From positions 177,630,001 to 177,694,000 of the forward strand of contig NC_042997.1 of NCBI RefSeq assembly GCF_006345805.1: a stretch of 64,000 nt of DNA, given 5' to 3'. A program made the translations under genes and the position numbers. The DNA is from Octopus sinensis. Taxonomy: Eukaryota. Below, one piece after another: positions 1 through 14,073 of the stretch; within the stretch, counting starts at the first letter, position 1, and each line of letters begins with the position of its first letter. The notes beneath the pieces were generated by a model. It searched no databases and was not told where the DNA came from. It was given only the letters and a program-made list of their open reading frames with translations.

Positions 1-311
1 AATCCATTAGCGTGAGGTCTGGGGAACGTGCAGGAAATTCAACGCTTCTTCTCCTCCCACTCCATTTGTTTGGATTTATTGCATCGAGGTAAGCCCGTAC
101 ATTGTTTGTCAAAGAGCGAGTACATCTTTTGGGGACACCCTGTATTTGTGAATCAAAATATGCAAGGGCGCTCACCCAATACCCTCATACACACGCACAT
201 ACATTCTCTGTATATAAATGTTTATATGTTTTCATAAGTGTATGTGTATGTAAGTATGTATGTGTATATTCGAATATGTATTTTGTAGGTTTAATTGTTA
301 CGGATAAACTA

Positions 312-625
312 CAGTTGTGGCCAAAAGTTTGGAACAGTTATTTAAAAAATTAAAATTGTTATGCCCAAGTTCAATCCGATTCAAATATAACTTTGGGCAT
401 TTCGTATAAAAATTCTAATTTTCAGACCTCTAGTCCAAAATTTTGGCCAAGTAATAATATATTGCAAATCAAATATTCGTCACTTTATATGAAAATTCTT
501 ATTTTCAGACCTATGTTACAAATTTTTGGCCAAGTAAAAATGAACTGCAAATTAGATTTAACTTTAGGCATTTAATATGAAATTATAATTTTCATACCTA
601 TGTTCCAAACTTTTGGCCATGATTG
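312..625. mobile_element. Tc1/mariner-type MITE with ~25-bp TIRs and internal ~90-bp tandem repeats
   Basis: TA|CAGTTGTGGCCAAAAGTTTGGAACA ... TGTTCCAAACTTTTGGCCATGATTG|TA; the TIR-like motif ttttcagacct..ttttggcca recurs three times at ~90-bp spacing. Confidence 0.8.
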
Positions 626-729
626 TATATTGCTACGCAGATTTTACACTTTCAATTCTGTATTCTGAGTTAGCAATCTTCCACGTTTCCTAGGAAATTC
701 TCGACCGTTGAGTCACTCTGTTGCTTCTG

Positions 730-732
<3 letters not shown>

Positions 733-784
<52 letters not shown>
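733..784. repeat. (TA)n microsatellite
   Basis: Pure TA dinucleotide run. Confidence 0.95.
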
Positions 785-787
<3 letters not shown>

Positions 788-834
788 GAAGTTTGAAAAC
801 GCCACTCTATAATATAATTTTAATTTCCTGATAG

Positions 835-880
835 ATTTTACGTTTCGGTTGTTCTTGAAAAAACGAACCTTATCAAAAGT
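835..880 (-). ncRNA. Hammerhead ribozyme-like motif, U3:A8 core variant (degenerate stem I)
   Basis: Minus strand: actt TTGATAA ggtt-c-gttttt-tc-aagaac-aacc GAAA cg TA aaat. Confidence 0.4.
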
Positions 881-2459
881 ATTTTTAAAAGTTAAGTGTA
901 ATAAAAAAGTTCATAATTGTTTCTTACTAGTCTCAACAGAGTTCACGTGGTGGTGTTTTGTGTGTGTGTGTGGGGGGAGGGGATAATGGCTGTCTTGTGT
1001 GTTGACTAGAATCGTTGGCTATTTATGCATATATATATATATATATTGGTAAAAACGGTAAGATAACATATATATATATGCACTCATGTTTTGAGTTCGA
1101 CTTTTCCTTTACATCGCGAATCCTATACGTGCACGCACACACACTCACAGACACATACATATATACATACATACATACACATACATATGCATATATACAT
1201 ATGTGCATATACATATACACATGTACACCTATATGCATACACACAAGCACACGTACGTACGTACACTAATGAATATGCAAATTATACCGTTAAAGAAACA
1301 TTTTAAAAAATAAGACGAAAGAAAAGATAGAATAATTTAAACAATTATACAGTTGTATGACATAATGCCTTTTTATAAAGGATGGCATAAAGGAAAGGTG
1401 ATTGAAATAATTTAATGAAACACGTGATGACCCGCAATGGGGAAAAGGCAAGAGAGTTATGAGAACAAGAGTTAAATTGTTACTAAAATAATGCCACATA
1501 ATGCTTCCTGGTAGTAAATGTTACATATGATAATATAGAAAGAGAGGGATATTAATCAGATGTTAGTTATTCGCTGAAATAGCTCTCGGAAATCTAAATA
1601 TTCGTGGCCTGATCGCAAGCTCAAGCACCCAGGTGGAGCCACTGGTAGAAGTTTCGCAGGCTAACTCACTACTGTATATGTGCAGTGGCTTGGAATTTTG
1701 AATAAATGAATACCTTTTCTGATTAGATGCAATATGTCAGGTTTTCTGTGATCTAGCTGATACTATTGTCTATTGATGAGTTCTTCACCTACTCCTAAGT
1801 TATCAATTTCCTCCTTTGTATACGTATGTGACATGCTCATTTCTCATTTTACTGTTTAACAAGTATTGTCTGTGAGATACTTTTTATCTGACCATATACC
1901 GCTGCCCCCTTCTCTATGCCAAGCATAGTTTCTGCTTGCCAGTGTTGAAGTTACCATTGGGGATTAATATCATCTAAGTCATGGTTTCTAAGTTGCAGAT
2001 CTCTACAGGAAATCAAATTTTGATACTAACGGTGGCGTTGCAAAAGCCGTACGATATAAATCTTATTGAATGCGGACTTTCACACCTTCCAAAGTCTGCT
2101 GAAGTATTCTAGTTTTACTCTAACTTTTCTCACTCTAACTTTTCAGGTGTGTAGCATTTGTTACTGGAGAGAGGAGAAATAAGTGGGCCAATGATATCTA
2201 GATTCCTGGTCTGGTCAACAATCTTTTTTCAGTCAAGTACAGAAAAAAATGGACATTTATACTGACCAAACCCTATTTTTATGTTCTCTGTGAATATTTA
2301 TTTGGTACCTGCGTGATACTATGCAACACCCAGAAGGCCGTTTCGACGAACCCTATGCTTTTGCCGCCAGTAATCTCACTAATTAACTTCTTGTTAATTA
2401 GTGCTGTTAAAGTTACCAATGGTAATTTAATATTTTCCTAGTATTTATCTCTAAGTTTC

Positions 2460-2640
2460 AGAGCACCAGCCGTGCGAAAACTTGGAGGAGGGCCTATGAC
2501 GAGTGGCTAGTCTCACTATGAAACGGACTGAAAGGGAGATCACCCAGAGATGTTGCGCACTGTGACTGACAAACCTCAGAGACCATGGACAACGATAGCG
2601 GTGAACAGATATGACGGTAATCATGAGGAAGAGGTTACTA
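2460..2640 (+). mobile_element. Degenerate RTE-like LINE 3' end fragment
   Basis: Translation MLRTVTDKPQRPWTTIAVNRYDG resembles RTE C-termini; followed by a (GAT)n tail. Confidence 0.35.
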
Positions 2641-2996
2641 ATTATAAAATAATGATGGTAATGATGATGATGATGATGATGATGATGGTGACGACCACGG
2701 TGATGATATCGATAATTAAAAGCACAAATTAGAGCCAAATAGTTTAGTACTCGCCACACTGGTAAAAATACGAGGTTGGTAACTGCTCCGCCGAACTGCA
2801 GCGAAAATACGTGCCTGTGGGAGAGAAAAATATATAAAGAATTGAGGTCGCCCTAGAAAATAATTTGTCATATAAAATAAATTAGGCAATTATCTGCTAA
2901 CAGACGTTGGATCAACAAGGTGAAATTTCAAGTTTTAAAAGCTTAAATCTTTCACATTTAAATAAATTTAAAAAAATACATTTAAACACATAAAGC

Positions 2997-3033
2997 TGCA
3001 CTGATGAGGAAGAAATTCAGAAATTTATTTGCA
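2997..3033 (+). ncRNA. Minimal type-I hammerhead ribozyme motif (partly degenerate)
   Basis: tgca CTGATGA ggaa-gaaa-ttca GAAA ttta TT tgca: stem I tgca/tgca, canonical core, one mismatch in stem II. Confidence 0.55.
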
Positions 3034-3381
3034 AATAAATTTTTGAATAAACTTTAAATAAAATTCAGTATCTTTAGCTGTAAATTTTAATTATAACTTT
3101 ATCTCTTCCATTAAGAAAAAGAAAATGTATGCAAATGTGTGTGTATCTATCTACGTACAAATATATGTTTGTATCTAATAAAGCAATTTTATATGTATGT
3201 GTGCATGTGTATATGCACAATATACTAGAATATATATATTAAAATAAATATAGATATTAATATTGATATCTTAATAAAAACAGATATTAGTGTAGATATA
3301 ACAAATGTAATTATTAACAGAGATATAATAACTACAGATTTCAATATAGATATATTAAATGTGTGCGTGTGTATATGTATG

Positions 3382-3384
<3 letters not shown>

Positions 3385-3448
<64 letters not shown>

Positions 3449-3463
3449 ATATATATATATATA

Positions 3464-3532
<69 letters not shown>

Positions 3533-3572
3533 TAGATAGATAGATAGATATATATATATATATATCTATCTA

Positions 3573-3616
<44 letters not shown>
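3385..3616. repeat. Compound (TA)n/(GATA)n microsatellite
   Basis: Direct inspection. Confidence 0.95.
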
Positions 3617-3621
<5 letters not shown>

Positions 3622-4419
3622 GCATATACATATACATACTTACAAGCATACACACACATGTGCATATACATATGATAAATGTAAATGCTAATATAGATAT
3701 AATGAATATAGATATTTAATATAGATATTATACCTGATATAACGATGGACCACGTGCTATTAAAAAAGAAAGGGAAAAAAGCATAATGAATCAGGAAGAG
3801 AGAAAGAAAAAGAAAATAAGTGAGAATTGTAAGCTTTACAAAAAACCTTATTTGTCACCAGTAACTATTACTTTGTCGATACGAAAGGTTTCTAGTATCA
3901 GAAAGTTCCGGAAAAAATTAACTCGCAGATGCAAAGATATGGCTGTATGCCAAAACGATATATTGGTAATATAATGCTGAATTTTCAAGAAGTTCGCTTC
4001 GTATTCATGAGGTCTTAAGAAGCCCGCTTTGCAGCCACGACGTTTCGGGTTTAGTTCCACTACGTGGCACCTCGAACAAGTCTCTTCTACTATATCCTCG
4101 GGTTCACCGACGGCTTGTGATGGAAACTATAAACGATGTGGAAGCTCGCACCAAATTTGGCAGCCGGTGTTAGTTTCTTTACGTCCCTGTTACTTATCTG
4201 TTCGGAAAAAGAATAAGTACCTTACATAAAAAAAACATATAACTTTGTCCAGCTAAAACACTTTAAGTAAGAAAAAATAAGAGAGATAATGCAAACTGTG
4301 TAAGTATGTCGGAAAGATTAAAACAGTAATTGAAGCAACCATTCGACTGGTTACACGAATTTTTCCTGAAAATTACGCTATATCTGGAGAACTTTCACCC
4401 TCTTAAACTATAATTGCTT

Positions 4420-4800
4420 TTTATTTTGGTACAAAGGCAGCTATTTTAGGGGATGGGGTTAGTCGGTTACATTAACCCCAGTGCTCAACTGATACTTAGA
4501 TTAGCGACCCCGAAAGAATGAAAGGTAAAGCTGATCTCGGTGGAACTTGAGCTCAGAACGTAAAAAGCCGGTAAAAATGCCGTTAAGCATTTTATCCGAC
4601 GCGCTAAGGATTCTGCCAGCTTATCATCTCTGACTTACTCTACAATTCTTTCTACTTTAGGCAAAAGGTCTGAAATCCTGGAGAAAGAGGTTGGGTCGTG
4701 ACAGTTGATTACATCAACCCCAGTGTTCGACCGATACCTAGTTTGTCAACCTTGAAAGGATAAAAGGCAAAGTTGACCTCGGCGGGAATTGTGCTCAGAA
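4420..4800 (-). mobile_element. Two adjacent degenerate copies of tRNA-derived SINE family B
   Basis: Matches gacccc(g)aaaggatgaaaggcaaagtcgacctcggcggaatttgaactcagaacg shared with other copies. Confidence 0.8.
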
Positions 4801-5439
4801 CATAAGTGTATGTCAGTGGATGAAAGAGAATAGGAAATTGAAAGACTGAGAAATATATTTCGAAAGATAAAATCAGGTGCGTGCGCGCACACACACACAA
4901 AAACACGCGCGCTCACAAACACATGCGTACACGCACGCACACACACACGTATGCATGTATACATGCATACACGCACACTCACACAAACACATGTAGATAC
5001 ATAGAGAAAATGATACGGGGAGAGAGAGTGAAGAAAGCTAGCAAGCAGAAACATCGAAGTCGCTGTCAACCATTTCTTTGTGAAAGTTTAATTAGCATTT
5101 TGTCTTCTAAATAGTATTGAATAATCTTTTAGCAGAGAGAGAGAGAGAGAGGGGGAGGGAGAAAGAGAAGAAGAGGAGGAAAGAGGAGAGAGGGAAAGTG
5201 TTTGCGCATGCGCACGTATTTGTGTGCACGCGTGTGTGTATGTGAAAGCGATAAAAATAAAGCGAAGGAGAATATAAATGAAAGCATTATACAAAGAAAA
5301 GAAAGGAGAGAGAGATAGAAAACGAGTGAGAAACATCTGGAGAAGGAGAGAAACAATGAACAAAGGAAGAATGAGAGAAGGAAGAGACAAACTCCGAGTA
5401 AGCTTTTTCCAGATTCCAGATGGATAATCTTTCAGTGAT

Positions 5440-5950
5440 GTTGTTGTTTAAACCACTAGTAAGCGCTGATGGAATGGAGCAAAATTGTTCAACGATATTA
5501 CAGCTTCAACAGCTGGTTGAACATATCCTTTTTTAGGTCTTATGTAGCTTAGATTACATTATTCAATTTGTCTTCCCTTCTAATTTTAAGACGATAAAGT
5601 GTCATAAGAAAGCGGTTAGGCTGCTATTTCTAGCAACGACTCAGAGGTTTCCTTGTCTTGTAGTAGTTGATGTACTTCTTTGTGTTTAACCCCAAATCAA
5701 TCCTATTCGAGCAGATTTATGATATATGATCAAAAGTATTTCAGTCGTAGACAAATATAGTGCAGTTAGGACTACATTATTCGAAGCCTTTCTCACATTT
5801 TTTTTGTGGCAGGATATGATATCATAGTAATTAGCTGCTATTTCTAGCAAGACGAGCAACAACATAGAGGTTTCCTTACTGGGTGATCGAGTTATTGTAG
5901 TTGCTGTTTAGCTCCATATTTGCTCTGACCAAACATACATACCTATGATC
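5440..5950. repeat. Tandem degenerate copies of an unclassified interspersed repeat (also near 26400-26470 and 55300-55430)
   Basis: Motifs gattacattattc and gctgctatttctagca..agaggtttcc recur at ~220-bp spacing and elsewhere in the window. Confidence 0.5.
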
Positions 5951-6049
5951 TGTGCAGATGTCTACAGTAGAAGGTTAAATACCAACAAGTAACTCAAAGG
6001 AACATACAATTTTGTAGACTAAGAGCTAAGCAGTAAAGTAGTTGGTGCT

Positions 6050-7560
6050 AGAGAACTAGATGTAATAATCCATGAAATATTAATTAACTAAAATTACAAG
6101 AGGGAATAAGATGGATTTTAAAGTGGAAATAACTAAATATTGGACTCTCAATAGAGAAGTGAAAAGGTGTTCAAGAAACGATAAAAGAAGACTCTCGGAA
6201 ATGAAAGTTGATGAAGTTGATAAATTACTTAATGCAAGAGGCTGTATTGGAATCAGAAAATGTTATGAAATATTAAACAAGATTACTGGCAAAGTAAAGA
6301 GATCAAAAAATCCTACTTGTGTTTAATATTAATGGAGAACTAATAACGTCTGATATAAACATCCAAGAAAGACGGAAAGAACATTTTAATAGTCATGACC
6401 AAGGCGTTTAATTGGAGAAATGCTTTGGTAATTCCTGAACCTCAAGAGGAGCTGGGAGTGTCTGTACATGAAATAACTGTCGAGGAAATAGTTGGAGCTG
6501 TAGAGCAATTAAAAAGAAAAAGATTTGGAGATTAGATGGAATTGAAAGAGACATACTTAAAACCAGGAAGTACGTAACTGCAAGAGCATTATTGAAGCTG
6601 TTTCGTAATGTATGGAAGATCGAACGGATACCTAAATATTTGGAGGTCGGTAACGTGACAGTATATCGGAAAAGGGGACCCCACCTAGAGTATGTTGCAT
6701 TTGTGGATATATAATATTGAATAGCAAAGTACTGAAGAGGGTATGCATTTCATTGGGCAATATACTAAGGGATGAACAAATCGGGTTCCGACGACTGTGA
6801 GATTTTAGTGACTAGATACTAGGAACATTATGCGTTGAATTCAGAGGGACTTTGGTTATGGCTTGTGTTGAAAATGTATTTGATGGTATGTATATGGTCA
6901 TAGTTAAGAAAGTACTACATTGCTATGTTTTGAAGGAAAGGATGTAAATCTAATAGGTCAATACGCTAAAGAAATAACTCTTAAATGAATTAGGAGTGCT
7001 GCAATGAGGTGTTTTATTCCTTCTCCTGTTTACAGTTCTAATAAGCTGCATAATGAAGGAAATGGTTGAAGAAGAAAGAGGGAGAATTCATAGGACTTAT
7101 GGACATGGTTTAGCAGATTTGAATTATGCTGATGGCATTGTTTAGCTTAGAATTAAAACACCAAATTACACATAAATACATACGACCTTGATGATATAGG
7201 GCTTACAATTAAATATCAGTAAAACTGAATCTATGAAGGCCAATCAAACAGATAACAGAAATGTGTCTCTGGATGAGTACATAGTAGAATAGTAAAATAT
7301 GTTTAATTATGCTTGGTACTTTTGTAGAAAGTGATGTCTTTACAGTGTTAATGTAATGAAAAATCTGAAAATGTAAATCAAGCAATGAAAATACTTTCAA
7401 ATGTGTGAACATCACATATACAAGCGATTCATAACAAAATTAACCCGATACGTCACTAGTCGAAAGTGATTTAGTATATGGAAGAGAATCATAGCATGTC
7501 ATTCAAACTATAGCTAATCGTTTACAGGTTTTGAATATAAGTGATAATAAAGAATAGAAA
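6050..7560 (+). pseudogene. Highly decayed RTE-clade LINE reverse transcriptase region
   Basis: Remnant motifs DEQIGFR (~6771) and DLNYADG (~7116, YADD box) with many stops and frameshifts. Confidence 0.6.
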
Positions 7561-7654
7561 TATGTAATATAAACCAGTAAATTCTTCGAATATTTAATAT
7601 CCCTTAGGTGTAAAATACACCTAGCTAAACTGATATATATATATATATATATAT

Positions 7655-8289
7655 GGTTTGGCATCCTTTCTGTCTCGGGAGACAATGGAGTTGCGCATTT
7701 TTTTTTCTTTTTTTTTTTTTTTTCTTTTTTCTAGGTCTAGTCCGGCTGTTATATTTTATTTCCTGTTACATTTCTTGCTGTGGCTGTGTAGTCCTATCCT
7801 GGACAAACACTCCCTCTGGCAGGTACTGCAAATGTAGCGAAGACTGTTCCTGGCTGGTTGTAGTGTCATGGTCTCTTGTTTATGTCTCTTCCTTTCTTTC
7901 CATTTCTCCTCTCTCTTTCTGTCACTCCTCTGTATACCCTCTTTTACTGTACGTCGCCATTCTCCACGGTTGCCGGCGACTGCCTCCCAACCGCTAATGT
8001 TGTTGTTGCAGGCCTTCATATCCCCTTTGCAAACATCCTTGTAACGTAAGATCGGTCTACCCACAGACCTAGTACCCCTAGCAAGCTCTCCGTAGAGTAT
8101 GTCCTTGGGGATTCTGCCATCTTTCATACGGCTAACATGCCCAAGCCATCTCATACGTCTTTGTGTGAGGAGTGCAAACATGCTTGGTATTCCTGCTTGC
8201 CTGAGGACATCTTTGTTGGGGATATGATTCTGCCATTTGATGTGGAGGATTTTTCGGAGGCAGCGCAGGTGAAAGATGTTTAGGCGACG

Positions 8290-8292
<3 letters not shown>
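7655..8292 (-). mobile_element. 5'-truncated RTE-clade LINE (ORF C-terminus with C2H2-like motif and 3' UTR), flanked by (TA)n on both sides
   Basis: [67 protein letters not shown]; stop at 7756. Confidence 0.9.
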
Positions 8293-8332
<40 letters not shown>

Positions 8333-8428
8333 TGTGTGTGTGTGTGTATTTGTGTGTGTGTATGTATAAATATATATTTATATATATATATGTATATATA
8401 TATATATGTGTGTGTATATGTATATATA

Positions 8429-8460
<32 letters not shown>

Positions 8461-8474
8461 CATATATATATGTG

Positions 8475-8512
<38 letters not shown>

Positions 8513-8891
8513 TGTTTGTTATGAGTGGGTTGGCAAGGACGTACTTTACAAGGACGTCTCGCCAAGTCTTTCTCGTACATCACTGATCAAAGATTTCTGT
8601 TAAGACAAGCGGGACAAATGGACGTGATATGACTCTTCAACTGAAGAGGGACGTTTGTCTTTTATGAAATACTAATACTAACCACCAAGAGGGTTGGTCA
8701 AGTTAATGAAGCATGGTAGATAAAAATAACTACTACTGCTCAGATACACAAGGAAAAGCCTGCATTACGTCTGGTAGTTCAATTGAACTGATAGTTCAAT
8801 ATTTCATCCCCCAACCGAAGATTTATATCTATTCAGTAAATCTGAGACATTTGATCGAATAAGGATCCAAATTACTCTTGTGAAATAAGTA

Positions 8892-9087
8892 CGAAGGGTG
8901 CTGAAAATTTACTGGCTTTAAGGGTATCATGAAAGGGCTGGTTGGAAGCCCAACCATCCGGGTTCTTTTACAGGACTTAGAAAAAATGAAGAACTGCTGC
9001 AATAAGTGTTTGAATAAAATCATAATTAACTGATACTCCTGTATTTTCTTTTACCCAAAGCAAAGGAAATTTTCAGTACTCCCCTTG
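8892..9087. mobile_element. Mariner-derived MITE (~200 bp)
   Basis: TA|CGAAGGGTGCTGAAAATT ... AATTTTCAGTACTCCCCTTG|TA; opposite-orientation copy at 29674-29883. Confidence 0.7.
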
Positions 9088-9456
9088 TATGTTCAAATAT
9101 ATATTGAACCATAGGCCTCAGGATAGAAGGGTGATAGGATGGGAGAAACTGTTGAGTACGTGAGTAAATGTACTTTTAATGTACAGCTTTGTTAGTTTAC
9201 GTCTTCAGTTAATATTCTTTTGTGGTCAACTAAACAATTTTCCCTTCGAGACTGAATATTTGCACCAATGAAGTACGGGGGTTGACGGTGTCGCCTACAC
9301 TCCCTCCCTTCAAAATTGCTGACCATGTGACTAAATAATAAATCATTACTTCAAATGTTTTCGGGCAGAGTGTTAGTAAAGCAATGGATTATGGGATTCG
9401 CATGAGCCCCCCACCTCCTCCACGTACACATACACTACAAATATATTTTATTTATC

Positions 9457-9862
9457 CTCTTTACTCTTTTACTTGTTTCAGTCATTTGACTGTGGCCATG
9501 CTGGAGCACCGCCTTTAGTCGGGCAAATCAATCCCAGGACTTATTCTTTGTAAGCCTAATACTTATTCTATCGGTCTCGTTTTGCCGAACCGCTAATATT
9601 ACAGGGATGTAAACACACCAGCATCAGTTGTCAAGCGATGTTGGGGGACAAACACAGACACACACACATATACACACACATACATATATATACATATATA
9701 CGACGGGCTTCTTTCAGTTTCCTTCTACCAAATCCACTCACAAGGCTTTGGTCGGCTCGAGGCTATAGTAGAAGACACTTGCCCAAGGTGCCACGCAGTG
9801 GGACAGAACCCGGAACCATGTGGTTGGTAAGCAAGCTACTTACCACACAGCCACTCCTACGC
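9457..9862 (-). mobile_element. tRNA-derived SINE family A (CORE-like body, internal microsatellite), full length
   Basis: Head with A box TGGCTGTGTGG and B-box-like GGTTC.GTCCC, body ccttgggcaagtgtcttctactatag, (AAAAGAGT)-like tail. Confidence 0.9.
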
Positions 9863-9949
9863 TTTCGTTTACATCTCCATTTTCTTTGTGAAGAAACATA
9901 AACGAATAAGTTTGTTGAACGCCACCCTTAAAAGTTTGATGATTCTTAA

Positions 9950-10315
9950 TCTATATATATATAAAGCTGAAGTTGTCTGTGTGTGTGTGACAGGTTTGGT
10001 AGCCTTCAACTAACACTATCTCCTCCGAGACCTTGCGGCACAAGCTGACCAAAATTGAGAGTATGATAGAAGAAAGCTTGCTCTTCATTCCGTAGAACAA
10101 ATTCAAATCGGACCAGGTGCTTTTTTTCTATGAAAATCCCTATTTTTTACGATTTTTTGACTGCTGTGTCGCCATTTTTCGGTGTATTTCAACCAGAAAA
10201 ATGTTCACTTAAAGAGAATAACAAGCTACATAATGCAAAATTTACTTTGCAAAAATTCCAATTCTAAAGGGTCGAAAAGAGAACAAACCCGAGCAACGCC
10301 GAGCTATACTGCTAG
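9950..10315 (+). mobile_element. Non-autonomous Helitron
   Basis: A|TCTATATATATATAAAGCTG 5' end; subterminal GC-rich hairpin-like cccgagcaacgccgagc; CTAG|T 3' end; A/T insertion site without TSD. Confidence 0.8.
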
Positions 10316-11279
10316 TGTTAAATAAAAATAAAAAAAATTCTTTTTAAGAATATCTCGAAGTGCACACATAAAGCTATAAATTACAGCATGTAAATATTAT
10401 GTAGAAAATCCCTTTTGGATAGTAAAACTCCAACGCTAAAATTATTTTAACTAAACGATAAACGTAAGAACGGTCTGAAAAATATAAGAAAGCCTGATTG
10501 AAATTAAAGAATAATACACACATAGAAAAATCTATTGTTTCAGAAGCGAGATATTAATAGCTGACATAAGTAAAATAAAAGTATACATGGCTCCAGTTTT
10601 CTGTAACATAAATTAGCTATCCAAATAGATCTAAACAAAAGAACATTAATCAATGTATATTAATGTTGACACGTTTAATGAAATAGGAGTTTCGTCAAGA
10701 TTGGTTTGGGTGGTGGTGTACATCAATTATATACGGTTAATAAAACATAGTTTTCTTTGCCAGATATGAAATTCTATTCTACAGCCATCATGTAAATATA
10801 TGAGGCTATATTTCTTCAAGCGAAAACAGAATTGGTTTTAGCCGAAGGGAGGGGTTTGTAAAGGCCAGGTTAAAGAAGAAAAGAACAAAAAAGACCCCTT
10901 CCGCTTTTCTCAGTTTTATAGGCACAGGCGCAGGTGTGTGGTTAACACGCTTGCTTTCCAACTACGTGGTATTGGGTTCAGTCCCACAACGCGACATCTT
11001 GGGCAGATTTGGAGACGGAACCTGAAAGAAGCCTGTCCTATATACGCTTGTGTGTGTGTGTGTGTGTGTGTATACGCGCGCGCCGACTCCGGGCTAGTGA
11101 AAATGCCATTTGCTCAAAACGAACGAAATGGGATCGAACACGAGACCTCATGGCTGCAAAAGAAGCATCTTCGAGCATGATACACACACACACACACACA
11201 CATGCATATACATACATACAGACATCTCTTTTTCTGTTTCTCTATATATGTGTGTGTATCTGTATGTATGTATATACTC

Positions 11280-11493
11280 TTTTCTACTCTAGGCACAAGG
11301 TCCAAAAGTTTTGGGGAGAGGGCCAGTCGATTAGATCGACCGCAGTACGCAACTGGCACTTAATTTATCGACCCCGAAAGGATGAAAAGCAAAGACGATC
11401 TCGGCGGAATTTGAACTGGGAGCAAAGACAAACGAAATACCACTAAGCATTTATCTCGGTGTGCTAACTAACGTTTTCTGCCAGCTCGTCGCC
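11280..11493 (-). mobile_element. SINE family B
   Basis: Reverse complement of ggcgacgagctggcagaaa..gttcaaattccgccgag..ccttgtgcctagagtagaaaa. Confidence 0.85.
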
Positions 11494-11558
11494 TGAAAAT
11501 GGTTGTATATTAACTGGATAGTCTTTCTTTGTATGCACGCCCACACACTGTCTCTTTC

Positions 11559-11559
<1 letters not shown>

Positions 11560-11598
<39 letters not shown>

Positions 11599-11625
11599 TA
11601 CATATATATACATACACACACACAC

Positions 11626-11681
<56 letters not shown>

Positions 11682-11719
11682 ATATATATATACATAAATA
11701 TATATGTATATATATATAT

Positions 11720-11753
<34 letters not shown>

Positions 11754-11886
11754 ACATATATATATATATATATATTATATATACATATATATATATATAT
11801 TACATAAAATATATATATATATACATATATATATTACATAAAATATATATATATATATACATATATTATATATATATATATATAAC

Positions 11887-11932
<46 letters not shown>

Positions 11933-11933
11933 T

Positions 11934-11971
<38 letters not shown>

Positions 11972-12243
11972 CATACACAACCATACAAATACGTATGTCT
12001 GTCTATGTGTGTGCAAGCGTGTAAGTATATGCATGGCCGCAGTCTAGTGACTGAAAGAAGTAAAAGATAAAAGTATAAGATACACATGCATGCATATTCA
12101 GGTGTGTATTTCCATAGATACACAACACACACACACACCACACATACACACACACAAATACACACACATACATAGGGTCATAGCAAATAGTTCTCACATA
12201 TACATATATATATATATATATATACACACGCGCACAAACACAG

Positions 12244-12322
<79 letters not shown>

Positions 12323-12904
12323 GTCTCTGTGTATGTACATGTATGTATGCACATGATAAAATATGCATGAAACAATGCACAAGTTTGTTTGGTGCACGAT
12401 GTTATAAATTCTCATGCATGGAAAGCTATGTTTTAAAGGGTATTTATTTCATTTAAATTCACTTCTGTGTTCTCCTTCATCGTCAATTTTTTTTCCCATC
12501 AGTTCCTTCTGTCAGAATATGTCGATCGTTTTTCATTTCTAATACTTGGTTGTTTGCAGACGATCAATGTCCATCATTTTGCTGGCCGTATTTTCCTTGT
12601 TAATTATATGGTTCTTAGTGGAAATCCGTCTATTAAAATATATATTTCTACAAAGCGTCAGGAAACATGACCCCCTTTTTTTCCCCTTCTATTACTATTA
12701 TCATATCGAATCACCGAATGTTGTTGTTGCAGTAGTTGTTATTGCTATTGTTGTGGCCGCATTTGTTGCTGTTGTTGCATTCGTCATCATCCATCTTGCA
12801 TTCTTTCTCACGCACAACACAAAATCATATGCATCTTGAGTAATAGCTTTGTATTCAATGAAAATGGATTAGCGGATTTTATTTCCCTTTTCTTTTTCCA
12901 TTGC

Positions 12905-12935
<31 letters not shown>

Positions 12936-12936
12936 C

Positions 12937-12972
<36 letters not shown>

Positions 12973-13290
12973 TATATGCATATGCACATGAATGTGTGTA
13001 CGTTTGCACATATACATCTCATATATACACGTGTGCAGACATATACATACATATATTCAAGCTCATATATATGTATATATATATATATATATACAATACA
13101 TATTATAGATAATATATATATGTATATAATATATATATATATAGTATTTTATGTATGTATATATATATGTATATATATATATATATATGAATTATATATA
13201 TATTATATGTATTATATATATATATATATATATACATATTTATACACGCTTACACACACACACACAGTCGCACACATATTATATATATGT

Positions 13291-13326
<36 letters not shown>

Positions 13327-13466
13327 CATATATGTATACATATATATATATATATTTTATATATGTATACATATATATATATTTTATATATGTATATATA
13401 TATATATTATATATATTTATACACGCACTCACACATACACACGCACACACATACGCACACACACAT

Positions 13467-13517
<51 letters not shown>

Positions 13518-13530
13518 AACAAACAAACAA
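11560..13530. repeat. Large low-complexity (CT)n/(TA)n/(CA)n field with short unique spacers
   Basis: Direct inspection; source of many spurious YIYI/THTH ORFs. Confidence 0.9.
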
Positions 13531-13837
13531 TCATACGTTTCCCAGCTTAATCTTAAGAACAGGATTGATGGAAGGGTTATAAGACTGAGAGAGGAAAAGG
13601 GAGCGAGGAATCGATTAAAAAGAAAAGTTTATCACTATACCTCCATGTTATTCAGTCAATATTAACGTCATTATAGTCAACGCCACTATAATCATCACAT
13701 TTGGCATCATTATTATCAACCCTTCAAACATAAACATGACGATTGCAATGATGGTGATGAGGATGATGATCATCATCATCATCATCACCCATATTTTCTT
13801 TTTTCCAGCAACAGTAATATTGTTGTTGATCATAAAG

Positions 13838-13846
13838 ATGATGATG

Positions 13847-13878
<32 letters not shown>

Positions 13879-13939
13879 GGTGGTGGTGGTGGTGGTGGTG
13901 GTGATGATGATGATGGTGATGATGATGGTGGTGGTGACA

Positions 13940-13986
<47 letters not shown>

Positions 13987-14073
13987 ATTGATGATGGGGA
14001 TGAGGATGACGATTATGGTTATGAGGATGATGATGATGTTGATGATGGTGATGATGATGATGAGGCTGTTGAT
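13838..14073. repeat. (GAT)n/(GGT)n trinucleotide microsatellite
   Basis: Direct inspection. Confidence 0.95.

Noticed and set aside
12901-13665. 254-aa ORF and the many similar [12 protein letters not shown]/poly-M/I/T ORFs
   Set aside because: Translations of stop-free microsatellites with no protein-like composition
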